Positions 10,030 to 18,821 of a DNA stretch of 58,652 nt are shown here, piece by piece (within the stretch, counting starts at the first letter, position 1; each line of letters starts with the position of its first letter). The notes beneath the pieces are model-generated. The model ran no database searches, was not told the DNA's origin, and saw only the letters and a program-made list of their open reading frames with translations. Source of the stretch: a virus (Duplodnaviria; Caudoviricetes); the IMG/VR virus record IMGVR_UViG_3300025154_000110, positions 1 to 58,652 of that record; one strand, written 5' to 3'. The translations under genes and the position numbers were made by a program.

Positions 10030-11429
10030 AAAAGCTGATAATTCTCTCATCCCTCCTGCTTCTCGCCCTCCCGGCCGTCGCTGCAGAGAAGTATCTGCGC
10101 GTTGACGATTATATCCCGGCCATCCCTCCCCCCTGCCGCGCTCCAATCCCCTACGTGGCTGCATCTTACGATGGGACAAACTGCTACGTACCGGCTGATG
10201 TTTTCCGCGATGTGGTGGAAGCTCTGCCCGCCGCGGTAGTAGTAGACGACACCCCCAGCGAGGGCAACACGACCGAGGCGGCAAGCTCCAACTCGGTGTA
10301 TGACCATACGGTAGATACTACGGATGTCCACGGTCAGACCGATATGGATAATCCCGTTTTCGACAGTGCCACCGTTGAAGCCACGCTTGGGGCCAACGCC
10401 GTGACGATAGATGCAACCTGCACCGGATGGTCTGCTGGTGGAGCCTTGCTTGACTGCGGGGCCGGGAACACAAACGGGTGGTGCTGTAACGCTTCTACCT
10501 CAGTGCAGAAAATCGCGGATGGTACTACTGCGATTACCTACAATGCCGGGGAAGCAGACGGCCAAGATGTTCAGCTTGTTTATACCACAAGTGGCCTGAG
10601 TGGAGGCAATATTAGCGCCTCTGGCGGTGGGATTACGCTGTCTGCTAACTCGACAAACAATACATTTACTGTAAACGGAACATTTACGGGAACAGGGAAT
10701 CTCACATTCACCCCGTCTGTAACAGGTGTGCGGGTAGTCCTCAGTGGTGTTTCAGTAAAAGCGATTACCAACGGCGCGGCAACGACCTATGGGGAAACCT
10801 CGAAGGGTAACTATGTATCGTATTTTGCGGGGACGGAGAAATATAAGAATTTCTATATTGATCCATACAATACTGGTCCAGCAACCACCTCGCCCGGAAT
10901 GTGGCACGATGGCACATATTTCCGTATCGGGTCTGTAGTCGCAGGCGGAGTCCCGGTATATGTGCAGGGAGGTAGTGTCACTTTACAGGCAAACGGCACA
11001 GTTTCGAGCCTTCTATGGGACGGGCAGGGGCTCTACCCGACAGCAGGTGATATGTTGTTTGGTTACAGCAAATTTGGGACAAAATTTCCAGTATACAAAG
11101 TCGCGGTAAGCGATATCGTAAATACCAATAGCGGCGCTGTTCCTGTTTTATCCTCCTGCGGCACGACCCCCGCTGTTGCTACAGGTTCGAGTAATTTTTC
11201 TGGTAAAATAACCTTTGGCACATCTGCCGGCACTCCATCTGCCTGTACATTAACCTGGGGCGTTGCATACACCAATACTCCTGAATGTACCGTAACTGTA
11301 GTCGGCGCAGTTGATGCATATTTACGAATTACAGCAGAAAGCAACACCGCGATGACCGTGACTGCTTCCGGTGCATCTGATTTAAGCAGCACATCCTTTA
11401 ACTACAACTGTGTTGGTTTGAATGAATGA
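10026..11429 (+). CDS. Signal-peptide-bearing tail fibre / receptor-binding-like protein
   Basis: MKKLIILSSLLLLALPAVAA leader; T/G/S-rich beta repeats; Cys-containing C-terminal tip (LSSCGTTP...SACTLTW...FNYNCVG). Confidence 0.7.
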   Translation: MKKLIILSSLLLLALPAVAAEKYLRVDDYIPAIPPPCRAPIPYVAASYDGTNCYVPADVFRDVVEALPAAVVVDDTPSEGNTTEAASSNSVYDHTVDTTDVHGQTDMDNPVFDSATVEATLGANAVTIDATCTGWSAGGALLDCGAGNTNGWCCNASTSVQKIADGTTAITYNAGEADGQDVQLVYTTSGLSGGNISASGGGITLSANSTNNTFTVNGTFTGTGNLTFTPSVTGVRVVLSGVSVKAITNGAATTYGETSKGNYVSYFAGTEKYKNFYIDPYNTGPATTSPGMWHDGTYFRIGSVVAGGVPVYVQGGSVTLQANGTVSSLLWDGQGLYPTAGDMLFGYSKFGTKFPVYKVAVSDIVNTNSGAVPVLSSCGTTPAVATGSSNFSGKITFGTSAGTPSACTLTWGVAYTNTPECTVTVVGAVDAYLRITAESNTAMTVTASGASDLSSTSFNYNCVGLNE

Positions 11430-12124
11430 GTATGGACGAGTGGAATAATTACAACTGGCCGCTTATCTCGTTCGCCTTTGACGATGGTGGGGTGAATACC
11501 TATACCGCTGGGCTGCCGCTATTCCAGGGTTTTGGTGTGCCTGCTTGTGTAGGGATCATTGCAACGTACCCCGGCAACGAGGTTGCAGCAATGACCTGGG
11601 ACCAGCTTCGTGGATTACAGTCCGCGGGGTGGGAGATTTGCAGCCATAGTTACGACCACGATTTGGCAGGCTGGTATCCTCAAAGCGAAGAGTTTATGAC
11701 TACCCAAACAATCGCATCAATGGAAGCTCTGACAGCACAAGGACTGAAAGTAAGTAATTATATTTGTCCGGGTGCTACTCCATTCCCGTATGATGTAGTG
11801 CCGGATTCAGTAAAACATTATCACAGTGCCAGAATGACAAATGTAGGCGTAAATCAGATGCCCCTGGCGTGTCCAGCAGTTTGGCAGTTGAAGGTGCAGA
11901 ACCTTGATGGCAGGGACATTGCTACATGCAAGGCTATAATTGATACAGAGATGGGTTACGCCGCAAAAGGGTCACGACATTGGATTATTTTTTACGGACA
12001 TCAATTTAACGCTGCTGATGTAACATTTTTAACTGAGTTGCTGACATATATCCAGAGTAAAAACCTCGGCATATACACGATTCAGCAGGCGTTAGATATT
12101 GGTGGGGTTGTTCGGAATGACTGA
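11426..12124 (+). CDS. Polysaccharide deacetylase (NodB/CE4 family)
   Basis: FAFDDG, WEICSHSYDH, YICPG and IFYGH motifs. Confidence 0.85.
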   Translation: MSMDEWNNYNWPLISFAFDDGGVNTYTAGLPLFQGFGVPACVGIIATYPGNEVAAMTWDQLRGLQSAGWEICSHSYDHDLAGWYPQSEEFMTTQTIASMEALTAQGLKVSNYICPGATPFPYDVVPDSVKHYHSARMTNVGVNQMPLACPAVWQLKVQNLDGRDIATCKAIIDTEMGYAAKGSRHWIIFYGHQFNAADVTFLTELLTYIQSKNLGIYTIQQALDIGGVVRND

Positions 12125-12711
12125 TGACATCCTGGGATAAATGGGTAGTTATCATAATCATCATGCTGATGGTAACTCTGGCCGTCCAGTCCAGAGGCAC
12201 GGTGATAGAAGGAGCTTTCGAGGATTGCGATTGGGAGTGGCGACCGTGGGCAACAAATGCGAGAGCATGGGATAAACCAGATCAGTTTTACGAGATCGGC
12301 CACGGATACTCCAGAGCGTTCTACCCATACTGCGGGCGGGACATGGTTATCCCTGAAAACATCGCGGCTGGTGGGTACGGCTTTGGCTTCTTTGCATCGT
12401 GCAGCGGCCTTTGCTCCACGGCGGACGGAACTTTTGCCGAATCGGTTGACGAGGCGGTTGGCTACTGCGGAATGGACGAAGCGAGCTGCGCTGAGTGCTG
12501 GCCGCAGACAGTGGCTTGGCAGGATACTTTCTACCGGGAAATGAGCAACGGGGCAGAGGTACAAGAGGCATTTGACGCAGCGATGAACGCGGTCCCGGCC
12601 TGCCTACCCTGTCTGCGTTATCACAAGAAACGTGAGCCGGAACAGGTGAACGAAACGCAGGTTGTACTGGCTACGGTAATCGTTCCGTGGCTGATGCGGT
12701 GGAGAGAATGA
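12124..12711 (+). CDS. Exported Cys-rich protein, putative clan CD (caspase/gingipain-like) peptidase
   Basis: N-terminal hydrophobic leader, GHG and FFASC dyad-like motifs, FY..M..G..V.EAFDAA C-terminal helix, hydrophobic C-tail. Confidence 0.5.
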   Translation: MTSWDKWVVIIIIMLMVTLAVQSRGTVIEGAFEDCDWEWRPWATNARAWDKPDQFYEIGHGYSRAFYPYCGRDMVIPENIAAGGYGFGFFASCSGLCSTADGTFAESVDEAVGYCGMDEASCAECWPQTVAWQDTFYREMSNGAEVQEAFDAAMNAVPACLPCLRYHKKREPEQVNETQVVLATVIVPWLMRWRE

Positions 12712-12908
12712 AAATCAAACTCAGCGGCAAGGTTAAAAGTCCCCTCGGATCATGCCCATACTGCACGAAGCAGATTGTTGGGGAGAAGTTTATCAAGACG
12801 GCTTCTGAGAAGAAACTCATTGGCCCGTGTCCGCACTGCGGTGAACTACTGCGTTATTATATTATCAATCCTCACGTTTTCGTGAAGGTAAAAAGGGGGG
12901 AATCATGA
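12708..12908 (+). CDS. Small zinc-ribbon protein
   Basis: CPYC...CPHC; ATG overlaps the upstream stop. Confidence 0.6.
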   Translation: MKIKLSGKVKSPLGSCPYCTKQIVGEKFIKTASEKKLIGPCPHCGELLRYYIINPHVFVKVKRGES

Positions 12909-13672
12909 AACGACTTATCATTTTATCGCTGGCAATATTCATCACCTGTGGGAGTTGTTCGGCGTACTCCATGGGGTATTTTCCTAAAGACGATCCGGCA
13001 CCTACGCCAACCCCTGTTCCAGTTCCCGATCCGCCAGCGCAGACGGTCACAACTGAGTACGGCGAGCGCAAGGTTTACAACAGCGAGGTGGATTTTCATT
13101 TCACAAAACCTATTGCGGCCTACGGCAAGTTCAACCTCACCATCGCTGGGAAGAAATACACGATCCAGACCAGTTACAAAGACGTCGTAATCGAGGTTCG
13201 CAACTCGCAGACAACCGGCAAGATGGTGGTTATCGCCGGGGCCGGATATAAGGACAAGACCGCGACCGTTACCTATCCTTCGACCGACGCCCTGACCAAG
13301 CCTGACACCACCCCGCTTCCGGTGACGCCCCCGACTGACGGAGCGATTGAATCAAAGCGGTTTGCCCACATCAACCACATGAGTTGGAAGGGCCAGGGAA
13401 CCACCATTGTTTTCTGCGCCGGGGATGATGTTACCAGTGTAACTTTCCATGATACTCCGTTTCATTTTCACATGAAGGACGGCACGGACAAAGGACCGGG
13501 CCGGGAACAGTGGACAAACCATTACTTTCAGAAAAAGAGCGAGACGCAGACCGCAGGCTGGTTTGTATGGACCATCGGCGGGAAAACGCACAAATACTAT
13601 TCTGATGGGCGCGGGGATGGACTGAGTGACTACCAGAAGCATACCGGGGACTGTTACAAGAAATACAACTGA
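12905..13672 (+). CDS. Exported protein with signal peptide and Pro-rich linkers
   Basis: MKRLIILSLAIFITCGSCSA leader; PAPTPTPVPVPDPP linker. Confidence 0.7.
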   Translation: MKRLIILSLAIFITCGSCSAYSMGYFPKDDPAPTPTPVPVPDPPAQTVTTEYGERKVYNSEVDFHFTKPIAAYGKFNLTIAGKKYTIQTSYKDVVIEVRNSQTTGKMVVIAGAGYKDKTATVTYPSTDALTKPDTTPLPVTPPTDGAIESKRFAHINHMSWKGQGTTIVFCAGDDVTSVTFHDTPFHFHMKDGTDKGPGREQWTNHYFQKKSETQTAGWFVWTIGGKTHKYYSDGRGDGLSDYQKHTGDCYKKYN

Positions 13673-13682
13673 GGAGGAAAGC

Positions 13683-13883
13683 ATGAACGTGAATACTGGG
13701 CACCTTGTTAGTAATGACTTTTGGGACACAACACCTACCGCTGACAGGTCGAACTACCAAGAGATCCCCGCGCACCTGAACCGTGCCGCCAGGAGAAAAC
13801 TCGCTGGCAGGAACGAAGCAAAGGTAGCTCTGAATTCTGGTGGCAAGCTGTCACGCTGGGCACGGAAGCAGAGATCAAAGTAA
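13683..13883 (+). CDS. Small basic hypothetical protein
   Basis: GAGGAGG SD before MNVNTGHLV. Confidence 0.6.
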   Translation: MNVNTGHLVSNDFWDTTPTADRSNYQEIPAHLNRAARRKLAGRNEAKVALNSGGKLSRWARKQRSK

Positions 13884-13894
13884 GGAGGGGAAAC

Positions 13895-14104
13895 ATGAAA
13901 CTATTTATTGCTTTGGGATTTGCTCTGATGCTGGCCGGCTGTGCAAACAGTAGCCGGAACTTGACGGTGAAAGTGTACGACGGCGGGACGCTGATGATCT
14001 GTCACTCTACCATTTCCCCGGAGGTCATGAAGTCGAACACGGACGAAAGGGCTACGAACACTCCTGACATCAAGCCGGAAGTTACCATCCCGCTGGTCCC
14101 GTGA
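13895..14104 (+). CDS. Small lipoprotein (possible o-spanin-like)
   Basis: Lipobox LAGC after hydrophobic leader; in the lysis cluster. Confidence 0.65.
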   Translation: MKLFIALGFALMLAGCANSSRNLTVKVYDGGTLMICHSTISPEVMKSNTDERATNTPDIKPEVTIPLVP

Positions 14105-14114
14105 GGCGGAACGG

Positions 14115-14303
14115 ATGTTTCTTAAATTAATTCTCCCAGCAATTTTTCTCAGCGCCGGATGGTTTTTTATCGGGGCATCGGCGGTAATGGCGTCGGTTGA
14201 CTTCACTGATTTCTCTTTCGTTACCGGCGAATCCGTTAGGGTTTGTGCTGTAGGAATAGCATTGCTTGGGCTGGCAGGTTTAAGTTTCTTCTATTTTAAT
14301 TGA
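14115..14303 (+). CDS. Small two-TM membrane protein
   Basis: Two hydrophobic segments. Confidence 0.5.
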   Translation: MFLKLILPAIFLSAGWFFIGASAVMASVDFTDFSFVTGESVRVCAVGIALLGLAGLSFFYFN

Positions 14304-14311
14304 GGGGTATT

Positions 14312-14512
14312 ATGAATATATTTGAGCAGGCATGGGATTTCTTCGACAAAAAGAAAGTCGCAATCGGCTCTCTCCTGATGATGATTGCGATAGTCATGCG
14401 AAATAATCTGCCGGAATATGCAGGGTGGGCAGATGTTATCGAGGAAATAGGTCTTCTGCTTGGTGGCATCGGATTCGCCCACAAAGCTGTGAAGGAGTAT
14501 CGCGGTGAGTGA
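14312..14512 (+). CDS. Holin-like two-TM protein
   Basis: KKKVAIGSLLMMIAIV...LLLGGIGFAHKAVK; GAGGGG SD. Confidence 0.55.
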   Translation: MNIFEQAWDFFDKKKVAIGSLLMMIAIVMRNNLPEYAGWADVIEEIGLLLGGIGFAHKAVKEYRGE

Positions 14513-14927
14513 GTACGACGGTCAGCTAGATACCGAGGTCTATTATCGGGACAACCTCAAGTATGTTACTGCACGGCGTCATGCGTACAAGACCAAGTTG
14601 CGGCCAGGGCGCGACATCTACGGCAAGTTCGTCTCACTCCTGACGTGCGGCGTTTTGATCATCGAGGAAGGCTGCCCCTGGAATGGTGCGAACGTGGTCC
14701 CGGACAGGCGGACAAACATGCGAGCCTCGCTCATCCACGATACTCTCGTTGGCATGATCCAGGCCGGTATCCTTGATCCAAAGTTTAAAACTGAAGTTGA
14801 CGAAGAATATTATGACACCTGCCGCCAGGACGGGATGTGGCTATTCCCGGCAATCACTGAATTTTGGGGTGTTCAGCTTCATACTTGGGAACGAACTCCA
14901 ATCGACGCAATAAAGGTGGCACCATGA
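14505..14927 (+). CDS. DUF1353-like protein
   Basis: W-N-G-A...RASLIHD..., D..Y...C..DGM pattern typical of lysis-cluster DUF1353-type genes. Confidence 0.55.
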   Translation: MSEYDGQLDTEVYYRDNLKYVTARRHAYKTKLRPGRDIYGKFVSLLTCGVLIIEEGCPWNGANVVPDRRTNMRASLIHDTLVGMIQAGILDPKFKTEVDEEYYDTCRQDGMWLFPAITEFWGVQLHTWERTPIDAIKVAP

Positions 14928-15115
14928 AGAAAAACAGCAAGATATATGTTAGCAACACCGGCCTGGACTGGCACAAGCGATATTTCTCTCACTGGCTTGA
15001 CGGACGAGCAATCTGTTTCACTGGTGGCTGCACTTCGTGGTCTGCGGACGGAACTGCTTCATGGGAATTCTGGAAAGATAAACAAGGCAGAATCAAAACG
15101 ATACTAAACAAGTAA
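14924..15115 (+). CDS. Hypothetical protein
   Basis: W..RYFSH..DG...CF.GG.TSWS motif; coupled to the upstream stop. Confidence 0.55.
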   Translation: MKKNSKIYVSNTGLDWHKRYFSHWLDGRAICFTGGCTSWSADGTASWEFWKDKQGRIKTILNK

Positions 15116-15153
15116 GCCTGTGAGCCCATAGGGCCGGGGCAAAGGATGGAGCA

Positions 15154-15471
15154 ATGGAAGCTGGCGAAGCGGCAAGCTATGGGAAACTGGGGGTGCTTGT
15201 GTTTACAGCGTTCTCTGCAGTATCGGCCTTTGTCTGGAAGGCTCATCGGCACGGGGAAAAGATTGAAGATTTGGAACGAGCCGTTTTCCCGGATGAACCA
15301 GGGCGCAAGCTATTAACTCTTGATTGGCATGATCGGATCCAGGCCGAATGTGAGCGGCAGAGGGCAAAAGACATGGAGATTTTGTCAGCTCATATTGTTG
15401 AACAGCTCCGCGATAAACTGGATGAGATCAAGAATGAATTCTGGGAGCGGAGAAGGGAGCCACGGCAATGA
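15154..15471 (+). CDS. Membrane-anchored coiled-coil protein (holin/i-spanin-like)
   Basis: N-terminal TM followed by charged helix. Confidence 0.55.
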   Translation: MEAGEAASYGKLGVLVFTAFSAVSAFVWKAHRHGEKIEDLERAVFPDEPGRKLLTLDWHDRIQAECERQRAKDMEILSAHIVEQLRDKLDEIKNEFWERRREPRQ

Positions 15472-15587
15472 GCAGGCTCACAAAGCAATACCTGGCGATG
15501 GCAGGCGCGATCCTCGGCCCGGTGCTGACGTTCATTTATTTCTGGTTCTGCGGGTATGAACCGGAGTGCTGGTGGTGTTTGCTATGA
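15468..15587 (+). CDS. 39-aa membrane peptide (not in ORF track)
   Basis: MSRLTKQYLAMAGAILGPVLTFIYFWFCGYEPECWWCLL; ATGA overlaps at both ends. Confidence 0.5.
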   Translation: MSRLTKQYLAMAGAILGPVLTFIYFWFCGYEPECWWCLL

Positions 15588-15814
15588 GCGATAATCTGCC
15601 CTGCATCTGTGGGGGAAACTGGAGAAAGATTGTCAATGAAGCAGAAGCATTGCTCGACAAAACGTTCTGCTGCGATGGCAGAAAATATATATTCTACGGG
15701 GTAGTGCACGGCTCCGACGATTATTATTACGGAATGGTTGACTGCGAGAACGGTAAATGCAGGCTTCTGTCATGTGTCGGCTCAATTGAACAGCATGGGT
15801 TTAGCCTAATATGA
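15584..15814 (+). CDS. Hypothetical Cys-containing protein
   Basis: FYGVVHGSDDYYYGM...LLSCVGSIEQHGF. Confidence 0.6.
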   Translation: MSDNLPCICGGNWRKIVNEAEALLDKTFCCDGRKYIFYGVVHGSDDYYYGMVDCENGKCRLLSCVGSIEQHGFSLI

Positions 15815-16143
15815 GCGGCCAGTGGCGGGAGCAGGTTGTAAAGCGGGCCACTAGAAGCAACGGATGGGCCAAGGTAAGGGCTGAACACCTTGAAAAGAAT
15901 CCTGCCTGCGCATGCTGCGGGAAAACGGTGAAATATCTCAAAACGTTTCGGATGCAGGTACATCACAAGATGCCATTCCACATCGTGCCGGAATTGGAGC
16001 TTGACTCGAAAAACCTCATCACCCTCTGCGGAGATCCATGTTGCCACTTCGACAAGGGGCATCCGCGGAACTGGAAATCGCACAACAAGAACGTTGTCCG
16101 GGACTGCGCGGTATGGCTGAGGAAATACAGGAGCAAGCCATGA
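15811..16143 (+). CDS. HNH endonuclease
   Basis: CACCG...QVHH...NLITLC...CHFDKGH. Confidence 0.85.
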   Translation: MSGQWREQVVKRATRSNGWAKVRAEHLEKNPACACCGKTVKYLKTFRMQVHHKMPFHIVPELELDSKNLITLCGDPCCHFDKGHPRNWKSHNKNVVRDCAVWLRKYRSKP

Positions 16144-16727
16144 ACTCCGAAGCGTTCCAACTCGCATTTGCTAGGACCATGAAGCACGAAGGAGGTTTCA
16201 GCCACGACCCTGCCGACCCAGGGGGCATGACGTATCAGGGCATATCAAGGGTGCATTTCCCTGAATGGCAGGGCTGGGAGATAGTTGACCGGCTCCTGCA
16301 AGGATCTTCTACCCCGGCCTTTTCTAACCAGCCTGAACTGGCAGAGATGGTGCGGAAGTTTTATGAACTTGAGTTCTGGACACGCATACAGGGTGACTTC
16401 ATCTCGTCGTTGTCGAAAGACTCTGTTGAGATTGCGGCGGAACTGTTTGACACGGCAGTAAACCTCGGACGGCGCAGGGCGATAGAGATACTCCAATCAG
16501 CGCTGAACCTGCTAAACCGCAACGGACTAGCATACCCTGATATCTGCGAAGACGGCAGGATGGGGTATCAAACGGCGGCGGCACTGGCACAGTATGTAGA
16601 GCGTAGAGGGTTTGAGGTTGGGGCACTGGTCAAACTGATGAACCATCTGCAGGGCTGGCACTACATAAACCTGATGCGGAAATATCCTGATAAAGAGCGG
16701 TTTGTAGGGTGGTTTGCGAGGACATGA
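16140..16727 (+). CDS. Endolysin, glycoside hydrolase family 108 with PG-binding C-terminus
   Basis: HEGGFSHDPADPGGMTYQGIS, FDTAVNLG, RFVGWFAR; start reassigned to MNSEAF. Confidence 0.9.
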   Translation: MNSEAFQLAFARTMKHEGGFSHDPADPGGMTYQGISRVHFPEWQGWEIVDRLLQGSSTPAFSNQPELAEMVRKFYELEFWTRIQGDFISSLSKDSVEIAAELFDTAVNLGRRRAIEILQSALNLLNRNGLAYPDICEDGRMGYQTAAALAQYVERRGFEVGALVKLMNHLQGWHYINLMRKYPDKERFVGWFART

Positions 16728-16730
16728 GGG

Positions 16731-16865
16731 ATGGAGCGGAAGGAGAAAGGCACCGCTGAGAAGAAAAAGCCCTGCAAGATATTAAACCTTGTCCCCGTAA
16801 TCGCACGGCGCAGGGAAGAACAGCGCAAGCGGTTGATGAAGGCGTTGAAGGAAATGAATAACTGA
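16731..16865 (+). CDS. 44-aa basic peptide (not in ORF track)
   Basis: MERKEKGTAEKKKPCKILNLVPVIARRREEQRKRLMKALKEMNN. Confidence 0.45.
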   Translation: MERKEKGTAEKKKPCKILNLVPVIARRREEQRKRLMKALKEMNN

Positions 16866-16896
16866 ACTCCGTCCTACCCCTCCTCGCGGGACGGTA

Positions 16897-16938
16897 GCCC
16901 CACCCGGCAACTCCCTCTCCGGCGTGGGGCGTTTTATT
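16897..16938 (+). terminator. Intrinsic terminator between convergent operons
   Basis: GCCCCACCCGG / CCGGCGTGGGGC then GTTTTATT. Confidence 0.6.
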
Positions 16939-17278
16939 CCGTAGGTGGTTCTGGTAGCGGTTGCCAATGGGTAAAATCAAGGTCAACCCCTGGATTAAAG
17001 TCTATTTTTGCTAAACCTATCTCAATGAACATCCCATCAAACAGGAGAACGGTATCCCCCTTTTTCGGTAGCCTATCCTTTACGCTTATCCACTGAGATG
17101 CGCGGGTGTTCCATGCCTCAATTGCTTCCTGCTCATCTGCAAAGAAATAGTCCACAGGGTACTCGCACAAGCACTGCAATGTATCACACCCAACACGGTA
17201 AGGGAAATCTTCATCGCTTGCATCAGTTACAGAAATATTCCTACTCCCGCAGAACGGGCAGGGTTTAAGGTTTTCCAT
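16934..17278 (-). CDS. Lar-like restriction alleviation protein fused to DUF551-like domain
   Basis: LKPCPFCG...AIEAWNTRA followed by WISVKDRLP...THWQPLPEPP. Confidence 0.8.
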   Translation of the reverse strand: MENLKPCPFCGSRNISVTDASDEDFPYRVGCDTLQCLCEYPVDYFFADEQEAIEAWNTRASQWISVKDRLPKKGDTVLLFDGMFIEIGLAKIDFNPGVDLDFTHWQPLPEPPTE

Positions 17279-17543
17279 TCAGCGCCTCCCTGACCTTGTC
17301 GGCTATCTCTGCGATTAAATTGTATGGGTAGTAATGCCGTGTATCCCCGACATCAATTCCGCAACATATCGCTATTTTATTTATCTCCATCAGCGTCTCA
17401 TCCTTCCTCTTCAGCTCGGCTTCGAGTTGCTGGATGCGGTCGGATTGTTCCTGGGGTGTAGTCTTATCGCATAACTTGCAAAATATCGGCGCTGGATAAT
17501 CAGCCCCGGCCACACAGGCTTCGCATAGGTTCTCTTCTTTCAT
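17265..17543 (-). CDS. Hypothetical protein (Cys motif plus coiled coil)
   Basis: AAGGGG SD; CEAC...CKLC. Confidence 0.6.
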   Translation of the reverse strand: MKEENLCEACVAGADYPAPIFCKLCDKTTPQEQSDRIQQLEAELKRKDETLMEINKIAICCGIDVGDTRHYYPYNLIAEIADKVREALNGKP

Positions 17544-17570
17544 AAATTTATCCCCTTGTAGAGGGTCATG

Positions 17571-17873
17571 TTATTTGCCATACTTTGCGTAAATCTCCAT
17601 CGCTCTCCGCATGGCTCCAGCGGAAATAGGCTTGCTCTTGCTTCCAAGCGAATTGACAGGGTAAAAGGTTATATGGTCAGGCGTGCTTTCCCATGCCATC
17701 CCCTTTGCCGCTTCTGCAAAAGGTTTCAGCGCAGATAACAAATCGCTCAATACCGGACCTAGCGAGGCGGGCGGTTCTGCCGGTGCATACCCCTTGCCGC
17801 CCGTATCAATACACTCCGCTGAATGATGGGCATCGTTTACCGTGCCGCAAAAACTACACCTTCTATCTCCCAT
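17571..17873 (-). CDS. Hypothetical protein
   Basis: GGAGG SD before MGDRRCSFCG; ALKPFAEAA motif common in phage early genes. Confidence 0.6.
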   Translation of the reverse strand: MGDRRCSFCGTVNDAHHSAECIDTGGKGYAPAEPPASLGPVLSDLLSALKPFAEAAKGMAWESTPDHITFYPVNSLGSKSKPISAGAMRRAMEIYAKYGK

Positions 17874-17981
17874 CGTTTTCCTCCGCAAATGAGTTCAGGC
17901 GTTACGGAAACTCTTCAGTTTTTCTTAACGGTTCGGGCACCGCCGTACCTGTTCATTCCTTCTCTGCCTTGGCCCTGCTCC

Positions 17982-18119
17982 CTATGGCAAGCACTTGAAC
18001 CAGATAACCCCACGGGCAAAATTACCGCCGCAGGATGCGCAGTCGTACCATTGCCAACCGATAAGCGCCATGAACGCCAAGATTATCATGATGCCGATGA
18101 TTTCAAATTTTCCTATCAA
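17982..18119 (-). CDS. 45-aa membrane peptide (not in ORF track)
   Basis: TTG start; MIGKFEIIGIMIILAFMALIGWQWYDCASCGGNFARGVIWFKCLP. Confidence 0.5.
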   Translation of the reverse strand: MIGKFEIIGIMIILAFMALIGWQWYDCASCGGNFARGVIWFKCLP

Positions 18120-18258
18120 CTTCCTGCCCCCTTTCTTTTGCTAGCCACTCGTCTATAGCCCGCCTGACCAGCTCAGCCACCGGAACCTTCTTTTCATCCG
18201 CGATTTTGCGCAGGGCTTCTTTCTGCGGCTTAGGCAGGTGGATGTTTGTTCTGATCAT
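18103..18258 (-). CDS. Ribbon-helix-helix (CopG/Arc-like) regulator (not in ORF track)
   Basis: MIRTNIHLPKPQKEALRKIADEKKVPVAELVRRAIDEWL. Confidence 0.8.
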   Translation of the reverse strand: MIRTNIHLPKPQKEALRKIADEKKVPVAELVRRAIDEWLAKERGQEVDRKI

Positions 18259-18292
18259 GCGATTTTGTTATTTTGTCTAGATAATATTGTAG

Positions 18293-18589
18293 TTATCTCG
18301 CACACCAATCACAATGGTGCCTGCCCGTTTTTTCATTGTATCCACCCTCTGTGTAGGTATCGTAAATCTCTTTGCAGGTCACGCACATTTCAAAACGGTC
18401 GGGGAGGATATCCATTTGCTCTTGCAGAAACCAAACTATTGACATGGCTTTTCGTGGTCCAACTTTGGGCGGATATTTAACAATCATCCCTTCCGGCGTT
18501 TCCCCATAAGCCAGGAAGCGAAAAAGCTCTTGCACCTTTTCCAGTGTGATATCCTGGCCTTTCGCATCTTTGGTGTAGTTGTGTCCCAT
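18293..18589 (-). CDS. Hypothetical Zn-binding protein
   Basis: MGHNYT start; CVTC...HCDWC. Confidence 0.65.
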   Translation of the reverse strand: MGHNYTKDAKGQDITLEKVQELFRFLAYGETPEGMIVKYPPKVGPRKAMSIVWFLQEQMDILPDRFEMCVTCKEIYDTYTEGGYNEKTGRHHCDWCAR

Positions 18590-18633
18590 AAAATCACCCC
18601 CACCTGCTAGTAATCTCAATTTCTTATACCTCT

Positions 18634-18661
18634 ATCATACACACTAGGCGACAAAAGTCAA
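18634..18661 (-). promoter_or_regulatory. Leftward early promoter
   Basis: TTGACT-N16-TATGAT on the minus strand. Confidence 0.65.
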
Positions 18662-18780
18662 GGTCAATATTTCTTTGTAATCACTTTCCTGTTTTGCTAG
18701 TATTATTACTTGCCGTCCAGCAAATTAGCTTAACGTCTTAGATTGGACAAAGTTGGACACGGCCTTTTCGCAACTGGCCA

Positions 18781-18811
18781 GCCCCCGTAGCTCAGTGGAT
18801 AGAGCACAGGA
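18781..18811 (+). pseudogene. tRNA-Arg-like 5' half (acceptor strand, D-arm, 5' anticodon stem only)
   Basis: GCCCCCGTAGCTCAGTGGATAGAGCACAGGA; no T-arm or 3' acceptor strand found. Confidence 0.7.
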
Positions 18812-18821
18812 AGGAGTTATT

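Noticed and set aside
18781-18811. tRNA fragment as an attP core
   Set aside because: No integrase is visible, and att cores usually restore the tRNA 3' part. Kept only as a tRNA remnant.
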